Below, piece by piece: positions 56,877-64,000 of a DNA stretch of 64,000 bases. This DNA is from Gemmatales bacterium (GTDB lineage Bacteria; Planctomycetota; Planctomycetia; Gemmatales; HRBIN36). The stretch is from positions 128,001 to 192,000 of the forward strand of contig JBEPZY010000005.1 in assembly GCA_041640595.1 (NCBI GenBank), read 5' to 3'. The position numbers and the translations under genes were made by a program. A model generated the notes under the pieces. The model worked only from the letters and a program-made list of their open reading frames with translations. It had not been told where the DNA came from and ran no database searches. Position 1 is the stretch's first letter. Each line of letters opens with the position of its first letter.

Positions 56877-58115
56877 CTATGGATTCGCCCTGGTGCTGGA
56901 GACGATCTGGAACGGTAACTCGCCCTGACATTGGCGCTGCGTGGGTTCATGACGCAGTTGGATGAGGAGTCGGTACGCACCTTCCTGTAACTCCGCGGGG
57001 ATGCGGAAACGGATGAACAGGAAGTGATCCTGACGCGGCGAGCGGGAAATATCAGGCTCGAAGTGAATGGTTTGTTGCCAGCAAGGTTCACCGTGAACAT
57101 TATGGATGGCGATCTCGCCGGTCAGGGTCAGACAATAACGCTCTGTGTCGAGCGGCTGGTCTTCGAGATTTTCCAGTTCGCAATAAACACCGACGGCCTG
57201 GCCTGGAAGGAAGCGATTGGCGGAGATCGGTTCGAATTTGCCAAAACTTTGCACACGTCGGCAAAAGGTTAACTGCCGCATTCGTAGCGGAGCTTGCCGG
57301 CGGAGATCGGTGGTGAGTCCCTGGAGTGCTTGCAATAGGACTTCGCGGTCCCGTGCCGTCAGTGCTGCCGTATGTAATCCGCCTCGTTCCAGTTGTTCGA
57401 GAATGGGAAAAAGTCGGAGCAAAAACTGCTGATCGCGGTCACCGTAGTGGGAAAGGAGCTGGATTGCCTGTTCGGTGTGTCCTTCCAGGTAGGCTTGCAA
57501 AGCCGCCAGTACCGGTGCGTTCGCTTCGGGAGGTGGGGGCGACAAGTTTCGCGGTGCAGGTGCGGGTTCCGGTTCAGCGAGCAATTCTCGGGGCAGGGTA
57601 TCGGGAGGAACGGAAGCTGGACGTCTAGGCATTGGTAACAGGGGCGGGAATTGTGTGTCCTGTTCGCTTGGCCCGGAGACCTGCACAGTTTGTGGAGCCG
57701 GAGAATCCCCATCCCTTTGCGTTGGTTGTGCCGTTCCTTTGGTTGGTTCGATACCTGGATCGGAGACGGTAACCTGCACGCCGGTGGAAGCCTGATCCGT
57801 TGCTGGTGAACCGGAGGCCTGGAAACAGACCGCGGGCATGGCAGTTTCGCAGCCGGGCACCACACTGTTTCGCCAGGACAGCAGCGGACTGCAGGCCGGC
57901 AAACTCAACAGGAGCAACGCGGCCCCGAGGAGGCGAACTTGCTTCGACCAGTGGCCGGGCCGCGAAAAGGCCTTCGTCATACTGGCAAATCTATTCCTGG
58001 CCATTCGACGCACCGTTGGACAGATGGACGCACCCTCGGTTTGGACAACACCGCCCACTGCCAGGGTTGGCAACATAACACGCTTGCCGTTGGCGTCAAT
58101 AGGTACCATAGCCAA
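56877..58115 (-). CDS. Hypothetical protein, probable lipoprotein
   Basis: LLLLSLPAC lipobox-like, Pro-rich linker, C-terminal FCRRVQSFGKFEP beta domain; start uncertain. Confidence 0.65.
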   Translation of the reverse strand: MAMVPIDANGKRVMLPTLAVGGVVQTEGASICPTVRRMARNRFASMTKAFSRPGHWSKQVRLLGAALLLLSLPACSPLLSWRNSVVPGCETAMPAVCFQASGSPATDQASTGVQVTVSDPGIEPTKGTAQPTQRDGDSPAPQTVQVSGPSEQDTQFPPLLPMPRRPASVPPDTLPRELLAEPEPAPAPRNLSPPPPEANAPVLAALQAYLEGHTEQAIQLLSHYGDRDQQFLLRLFPILEQLERGGLHTAALTARDREVLLQALQGLTTDLRRQAPLRMRQLTFCRRVQSFGKFEPISANRFLPGQAVGVYCELENLEDQPLDTERYCLTLTGEIAIHNVHGEPCWQQTIHFEPDISRSPRQDHFLFIRFRIPAELQEGAYRLLIQLRHEPTQRQCQGELPFQIVSSTRANP

Positions 58116-58119
58116 GCTC

Positions 58120-58959
58120 TCAATCCTGCACCATCGGGATGATCGGCGGAGAAGGTCGATTCAGTTGGCCCGATTCATATATGGCCCGGTACTCCTCTGC
58201 TAACCAGCGGCGAAAGAGTTGCGGCTGGTGAGACGTGCGGTTTTGCGTCAGCCAGGCTTCATAATGCCTTAGCAAGCGCCGCACTTGCCGAGTCCCATCA
58301 CGCCAGGGAAGTTGCAAATAACGCCAGCCCATTTGTTGCTGCGCTTCCGTGAGGCTGGCGTCTTCTTCGAGGAGCAACCACAAAACCGTGGCCATGCTCG
58401 TTCGATCCGCACCGGATTCGCAATGAATGAGCACAGGTCGCGGCAAGGAGGCGTGCCAGGCCAGCAATTGCTCCACCGCAGCCGGATCGGGCAAATTGTG
58501 CCGGTTCAAGCTGAGATCAACGTGTACCACGTTGCGTTGCTCAGCGGCCTGTTTTTCGGCCTGATACCAGTGTCGCTCGGGGTGTTTCCCGCGGAGGTTA
58601 ATGACCGAACGAATGCCGTAATGGTCGAGTACCTCCGGCCAGGCATGGTCCGGTAGCTGAGCGCAGCGATACAGCTGACCGGGACGAACCACGTGGAAGT
58701 TATAACGCACGAAAACTGTCGCCGACGCGAGCATTGCCACGCATACCGTCGCAATCGCCCACCCGGTCAGGATGAGCGACCAGGTGTGCAAACGCGAGCG
58801 GCGGACTGCTGCCGGCGTCTGTTCGGCGACCAAGTTCTGGATCATCGGACCGGGGCCAGGATTTGGTGTGCGTGTTCTGGCACGGTCAGTAGGTTTCATG
58901 CCGATTTTCCGGATGCTGGGGGAACCGGACAACCCGAGCGTGAGGGAGTTTTTCATCAA
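58120..58959 (-). CDS. Tyrosine/dual-specificity protein phosphatase, membrane-anchored
   Basis: NFHVVRPGQLYRCAQ, IRSVINLRG, HCESGADRT; start uncertain. Confidence 0.88.
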   Translation of the reverse strand: MMKNSLTLGLSGSPSIRKIGMKPTDRARTRTPNPGPGPMIQNLVAEQTPAAVRRSRLHTWSLILTGWAIATVCVAMLASATVFVRYNFHVVRPGQLYRCAQLPDHAWPEVLDHYGIRSVINLRGKHPERHWYQAEKQAAEQRNVVHVDLSLNRHNLPDPAAVEQLLAWHASLPRPVLIHCESGADRTSMATVLWLLLEEDASLTEAQQQMGWRYLQLPWRDGTRQVRRLLRHYEAWLTQNRTSHQPQLFRRWLAEEYRAIYESGQLNRPSPPIIPMVQD

Positions 58960-59007
58960 CGCTGGTTTCTGGTGGAGGTTCGCCCGGTTGGTGCTGCGGT
59001 TTGGTCA

Positions 59008-60141
59008 TTAGAAGCCACGCTGCGACGGAAACGCCGGCACCGGAGTCCAGCCATCTTCGGTGCGCGGGAGTGGTACCGGCGGCATCAGGTGTACGTTGGC
59101 TGCGGGAGCCGTCGGTTGATTGCGCGCTGGGCTTGAACGATCCCCGGGACAGAGATTACCAGGGCAGGGATTTATTTGAATCGGTGGCGTCTGGGGTATG
59201 AGCGTAACGTCAGGTTCGCGGCTTCCCCTGGGGGAGGGAACGGAATGATTTGCTAACGGGTCTCTGGCAGCGGTGCTGTCTTGATGAATGGATGCGGACG
59301 CCGGCGGCCAGGAGCTGGGGCGAGCGGCAGAAGTTACCCGACCCGATGCGGCTTCGGTTTGCGTCAGCCGCGGGGAAGATGGTTGCCCCGCCAGTGCCGG
59401 GGGTTGCACAGCGTATTGTCCCCGCATCCAGGACAGCCAGCGGTCTTCGAGTTCTTCGATGTTGCTGTATCCGTAAACCTTTCGCACGGCGACATCCCAG
59501 CCTCGCTGCATTCCTTCCGCCAGAAAGGTCAGAAATGCCTGCCGACCATTGCTTTCCACCAGAAAACGCACCACCGAATAGCCCTGGGCATACAGCGTGA
59601 GGATGTCCATCCCGTTGGCCGGGTAATCGCGAAGGTTGAACAGTACCCGCAGGCGAAAGGCTCGCCCCTGCGCCAGGGCTTGCCGAACCATCTGATCGTG
59701 TCGCCGACGTTCCGGTTCATCCTCGGAAAGCACGGCACTGCCTTCGTCGGCCCAGCGCGGCAACGGACAACGGAAGTGTGATACCAGCACCGTGTGCGTA
59801 ATTTCGTGGGGCAGGACGCTGTTGTAAATGCGTTCCAGCGGCCCCTGCACGGTCATCTGCATGTCAAAAATCTGGCCATCTACCGGCTGGTAACTGGTTG
59901 CTCCTCCCGGTCCGCTGGGCAACACCACTACGCGAATGGGAACCGGAACGTTCCAGGTCGGCAATTCGTAGCCGAGCCATTGCAGCGCTTTTTCACGCCG
60001 ATAATGCTCGGCCAGTTGACCGACGCGCTGGGCGATTTCGGAAGTGGGGGCGTGCACGACAAAATTCGCAGTGCGATAGGTCGCTGCGGTGCACCATACC
60101 GCCAGCGAGGCGATCGCGATAGCCCAGCGCATCTGTTGCAT
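59008..60141 (-). CDS. Secreted zinc metallopeptidase-like protein (peptidase MA-like)
   Basis: Signal peptide, VLPHEITH, PRWADEG, YAQGYSVVRFL; SD GGGAGGG. Confidence 0.8.
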   Translation of the reverse strand: MQQMRWAIAIASLAVWCTAATYRTANFVVHAPTSEIAQRVGQLAEHYRREKALQWLGYELPTWNVPVPIRVVVLPSGPGGATSYQPVDGQIFDMQMTVQGPLERIYNSVLPHEITHTVLVSHFRCPLPRWADEGSAVLSEDEPERRRHDQMVRQALAQGRAFRLRVLFNLRDYPANGMDILTLYAQGYSVVRFLVESNGRQAFLTFLAEGMQRGWDVAVRKVYGYSNIEELEDRWLSWMRGQYAVQPPALAGQPSSPRLTQTEAASGRVTSAARPSSWPPASASIHQDSTAARDPLANHSVPSPRGSREPDVTLIPQTPPIQINPCPGNLCPGDRSSPARNQPTAPAANVHLMPPVPLPRTEDGWTPVPAFPSQRGF

Positions 60142-60529
60142 CGGGTTCCCTCCCGGTCTGGTGGAAAATGTGCGGCAGCCAGCCCGCACGGTCGGTTCCT
60201 TCCTGGTGTGCCGCGACCGGAAGTGTGGTAGCAAAAGGCGGGCCAGCCGCTGTTTCGACCGGTATCACGTTTTCGACCAGACCCTTAGTAACTGCATCGG
60301 CGAAACTTACATCGAACTGCCACTTTTCTGTACCGGGACAGCCAAACCGCAATCGGCTTGGGCCGTTGTAAGAGTTACAATCCCGTCGCCTGGTGCTTCA
60401 TTTTCCACTTCATGCCAGCGCCAGTGCATTGATTGCCTGAGGCCCGCTGGCTGAGAACGCTAACCTGTCAGGGCAGGCCGGACATTGTCCGGTTCGGTCA
60501 GTGAACATTTCCTGCGTGGGTGCGACGGT

Positions 60530-61615
60530 TCAATTCACGGGGAGCAGAATCGGTCCGGACGGTGGAGGCGGCAAATTCTGCGGGGACGGCGAAGCTTGCG
60601 AGGGCGGCAGGCCGTTGTTTTCCTGCCGGACCGGAGCTGGTTCAGGTTGTGGCTGCGATGGTGTCGTCGGCACAAGGTTTTGCGGACGGACGCTCCGTTG
60701 CGGTATGCCAATCCAGGCCGGAAACATTCGGCCCTGGCTCGTCGGTGTGGTTTGCGGTGCGTGCGTGCGGCAGCGGTCTGGTTCACGTCTCGGCGGGCGA
60801 ATGGTCACATCCCGATCGGTCTCAAACATCTGGCCATCCAGAGTCGTGAACCGCACGACTACTCGCAGCCGTTCGTAGTGCGGTATTACCTTCCACCGCA
60901 AGATCAGCCGATAGGCCGGGCTTCCCAGCAGCGGTGTCTCCCATTTTCCGCGCAATTCCCGTGCCGGTATATCCCAACTGCTGAGAGGCTGTTTGAGACC
61001 CTGGGGGGTGATTTCATAGACATCCACGTGCACATGGCCGGGCACTTTCACGACCTGATCGTCCAGGTCGCGGGGTTCGAGCACCACCACCAGCGCATCG
61101 TCGCCGGGACAGTCCGGATCATCATCCAGGCCACCGGTGAGCCGACCCAGAGTGATCCCTTTCAAGTACGCCAATCCGCGGAGTTCTGCCTTGCCAGTAG
61201 TCCGGAGTTCGTGCAGGAGCCTTTCGTATTCGGCTTCCAGGAGCCGCACTTCGCACTCGCAGTCGCGCAATTTCTGGCTGAGCTGTTCGTTTTCGCGTTC
61301 CTTGCGGCGTAACTCGGCCTCGACGAGTTCGGCGCCGGTACGACATCCGGCTAGACTCCATAGTAAGCCAACCGCCGACAGCAAGAGCGGGACAAGCAAC
61401 TGGCTCCTGCTAATGCCGGATACCGCGACAACAGGCGTGTAACTGCGGCGGGTGGATTGCGCTATAATCCCGGTCTGGCGCCGGCGATGTTCGGCGGCGC
61501 AGCAGCTAGCCGCTGATGAGCCTGGTGAACGCCTGGGCTGCCCACTCCGGAGGCAGCGCGCGGGAGCCGCTGCCATGCTGTTTCCATCCTTGTCGTGGTG
61601 AGATGAGCGGCTCAA
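60530..61615 (-). CDS. Hypothetical lipoprotein with coiled coil
   Basis: LLWSLAGC lipobox, coiled coil, LTGGLDDD...[13 protein letters not shown]; start uncertain. Confidence 0.7.
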   Translation of the reverse strand: MSRSSHHDKDGNSMAAAPARCLRSGQPRRSPGSSAASCCAAEHRRRQTGIIAQSTRRSYTPVVAVSGISRSQLLVPLLLSAVGLLWSLAGCRTGAELVEAELRRKERENEQLSQKLRDCECEVRLLEAEYERLLHELRTTGKAELRGLAYLKGITLGRLTGGLDDDPDCPGDDALVVVLEPRDLDDQVVKVPGHVHVDVYEITPQGLKQPLSSWDIPARELRGKWETPLLGSPAYRLILRWKVIPHYERLRVVVRFTTLDGQMFETDRDVTIRPPRREPDRCRTHAPQTTPTSQGRMFPAWIGIPQRSVRPQNLVPTTPSQPQPEPAPVRQENNGLPPSQASPSPQNLPPPPSGPILLPVN

Positions 61616-62295
61616 CTTTCCGGTGTATGCACCGGTTGATATTGCACCCGCTCCAGAATGTTATCGACCAAACCATAGTCCCGCGCTTCCTCGGCCGACA
61701 TGAATTTATCGCGGTCGGTATCCTGTTCGATCTTTTGCAACGATTGTCCCGTATGTTTCAACAGTATCTCGTTGAGCACTTTGCGCAAGCGGATGAATTC
61801 TTTGGCGTGGATCATGATGTCGGTGGCGGTGCCCTCACTGCCTGCCATCGGCTGATGGATCATGACGCGGGCGTGGGGCAAACAGTTGCGTTTGCCTCGC
61901 GTGCCAGCCGCCAGCAACACCGCAGCCATACTGGCTGCCTGGCCAATGCAGTACGTCGCCACCGGACAGGTTACGTACTGCATGGTGTCGTAAATGCCCA
62001 ACCCTGCCGTCACCGAACCACCGGGCGAATTGATGTAAAGGTGAATATCCGCTTTGGGGTCGTCAAACTGCAAAAACAGAATTTGCGCTACCACCAGATT
62101 TGCTGTCGTGTCATCAATCGGGCCTTGCAGAAACACAATGCGGTCCTTGAGCAGGCGGCTGAATATATCCATTGCCCGCTCTTCCCGACCGCTACGTTCA
62201 ATAACAAATGGCACCAGCGTCGCCAGGACCCGATTCCGTACTTTCGGCGAATCGCTGGCCAGTGCATCAGGTAATTCCCACCGAAAATCCCACAT
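61612..62295 (-). CDS. clpP: ATP-dependent Clp protease proteolytic subunit
   Basis: [39 protein letters not shown]. Confidence 0.96.
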   Translation of the reverse strand: MWDFRWELPDALASDSPKVRNRVLATLVPFVIERSGREERAMDIFSRLLKDRIVFLQGPIDDTTANLVVAQILFLQFDDPKADIHLYINSPGGSVTAGLGIYDTMQYVTCPVATYCIGQAASMAAVLLAAGTRGKRNCLPHARVMIHQPMAGSEGTATDIMIHAKEFIRLRKVLNEILLKHTGQSLQKIEQDTDRDKFMSAEEARDYGLVDNILERVQYQPVHTPES

Positions 62296-62354
62296 GGCTG
62301 CACCTGTGTTCTGTGGCAATGGTTCACCGTGAAAAACAACGCCTCGCTCAGCGA

Positions 62355-62981
62355 TCACGAAGCTGGCGTCTTGATGAGCACTTCGTCCACCAGCCCGTAT
62401 TCCTTGGCTTCCATGGCGGTGAAATAACGGTCGCGTTCGGTTTCACGGGCGATCTCTTCGACACTGCGACCGGTATGTTTGGCCAGAATCTCGTTGATCC
62501 GCTGTCGGTCGCGGATGATTTCCTGGGCCTGAATTTCGATATCGGAAACCTGTCCGCCGACCTGTCCCCAGGGCTGATGGATCATGACTTTGGAATGAGG
62601 CAGGGCGTAGCGTTTGCCTTTGGTACCACCGGCCAGCAGGATCGCTCCGCCACTCGCCGCCAGTCCAATGCAATATGTCGCCACCGGACAATCGAGAAAC
62701 TGCATGGTGTCGTAAATGCTCAACGTAGCCGTTACCGAGCCCCCGGGGCTGCTGATGTAAAAATGGATGTCCTGCTGTTTGTTCTCATACTGGAGATAGA
62801 GCATCTTCATGACGATTTCGATCGCGCTGAGGTCGTTGATGACGCCGGCCAGGAAGATGATGCGGTTCTCCAGCAAGAGATCGCCCAGCGTCATTTGCCG
62901 TTGCCGCATGTAATCGCGCCAGCGCTGTACTCGCGGCGGGAGATGACGTGGCAGGAAATCGTTTCCGGTAAGCACTTCCAT
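62355..62981 (-). CDS. clpP: Second Clp protease proteolytic subunit
   Basis: [35 protein letters not shown]. Confidence 0.94.
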   Translation of the reverse strand: MEVLTGNDFLPRHLPPRVQRWRDYMRQRQMTLGDLLLENRIIFLAGVINDLSAIEIVMKMLYLQYENKQQDIHFYISSPGGSVTATLSIYDTMQFLDCPVATYCIGLAASGGAILLAGGTKGKRYALPHSKVMIHQPWGQVGGQVSDIEIQAQEIIRDRQRINEILAKHTGRSVEEIARETERDRYFTAMEAKEYGLVDEVLIKTPAS

Positions 62982-63152
62982 AGGCTTCGCCCCGTTAGCG
63001 TGGTTTTTGCTCTGGTGCGTATAGATTCTATACGAAACGACGGCGCGGATATTCGGCTCGGTTACGGTACTGGCAGTTTTGCAAAACAATCGTCGGGCCA
63101 GGGCAAGTCGAGCCTGGTCGCGGTGCCGCCGACCGGATCGTGTCGGGCAGCA

Positions 63153-63998
63153 CTAGGTCGCTTCCGGAGCACTGGTCGTTGGTGATTCGGTGGAAGAGGC
63201 TTGTTCCGTGGAGCCTGTTGAGACCGACGAGGTCGCTTCTGCACTGGCAGGTTGCTGAGCGCTTTGTTCCTGCGATGTCGGCTCGGCTCCGAGTCTTTCT
63301 GGTTCGGTAATCTGGATGTCTTCCGCGATTTCGGCGGCAGCCGATGGCACCTCGGTGCTAAATTCCGCGGACACGTCTTCGATTTCGGCATGCTGAATGA
63401 TGAAATCGAGCACCTTGTTTTGCAGAAGCAGGGCCGCGAGGTTTTCGAGTTCTCCTTCCCGCTCCAGGCGTGCTCGAACACGACGTGGCGACTCGAGCTC
63501 CACCCGGGCCAGCAACTCCACTACCTTGTCCACCTCTTCGGGATCGACCTCGATCTTTTCGGTGTCGGCGATTTTCTGAACGATCATCTGGAAGTAAAGG
63601 TCGCCGGCCACTTCGGCGATGGTTTGTTGGCCGATGGCGATCTGCCAGCGTTGAATTTCTTCTGGAGTGTAACCGGCCCGTTGTAATTCCAGGATTCGTC
63701 GCGATAACGCCCGGCGATATTCCTGGGCCAAAACCGATGCGGGGAGTTGCGGCTGCACCTCTTGCAGCCAGGCAGTGACAATTTGTGAACGGAGCCACTC
63801 CCGCTGGGTCGAGTCAATGCGTGCCTGGAGCGCTTCTCGAACCCGCTCCATGAGCTCTTCTTCGCTGTCACAGCCGACTTCCTGCAAAATTTCTTCCAGC
63901 GATTCGGGCACTTGCACGGTGTAAATTTCTTTGATCAGCAATGTGCCCTGCGCTGTTCCCGTGATTTCCTGAGGACGGTTGGAGCGGAACAGTTCGAT
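63153..63998 (-). CDS. tig: Trigger factor, C-terminal part (runs off window end)
   Basis: Frame open to window edge; KIADTEKIEVD, KVLDFIIQHAEI; position upstream of clpP. Confidence 0.85.
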   Translation of the reverse strand: MELFRSNRPQEITGTAQGTLLIKEIYTVQVPESLEEILQEVGCDSEEELMERVREALQARIDSTQREWLRSQIVTAWLQEVQPQLPASVLAQEYRRALSRRILELQRAGYTPEEIQRWQIAIGQQTIAEVAGDLYFQMIVQKIADTEKIEVDPEEVDKVVELLARVELESPRRVRARLEREGELENLAALLLQNKVLDFIIQHAEIEDVSAEFSTEVPSAAAEIAEDIQITEPERLGAEPTSQEQSAQQPASAEATSSVSTGSTEQASSTESPTTSAPEAT

Positions 63999-64000
63999 CG

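Overview
GC-rich bacterial chromosome segment, most consistent with a Planctomycete (PVC-type heme-binding CxxCH protein, DUF1080 protein, unlinked 23S-5S rRNA unit, GGCGGGC...GCCCGCC REP-like palindromes). Left to right: 3' end of an aldehyde:ferredoxin oxidoreductase gene, a small toxin/immunity-like pair, an FAD oxidoreductase, a 7/49/98-bp nested repeat, a membrane pseudokinase-TPR protein, lptG-like permease, a tyrosine phosphatase, a probable 6S RNA, rny, Rrf2-sat, DinB and YbhB genes. Then tRNA-Ala(TGC) followed by a ~13-kb accessory, defence-like block: two dynamin-like GTPases, a small membrane protein, a RelE-like ORF coupled to a large UvrD-type helicase, two related ~73-75-bp tandem arrays and an orphan cas6. 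Direct repeats spaced exactly 67 bp occur on both flanks of this block. Next come DUF1080, S1-domain, CxxCH and T2SS-F genes, and a stand-alone 23S-5S unit whose 23S carries two group I introns (E. coli positions 1931 and 2511), each with a LAGLIDADG homing endonuclease. The right end holds two Tat-signal YaaW-like paralogs, an ABC transporter, formate dehydrogenase alpha, a REP cluster, DUF2339/DUF3999-like genes, a second phosphatase, a zinc peptidase-like protein, two clpP genes and the 3' part of tig. All family calls come from motif recognition by eye, not database searches.
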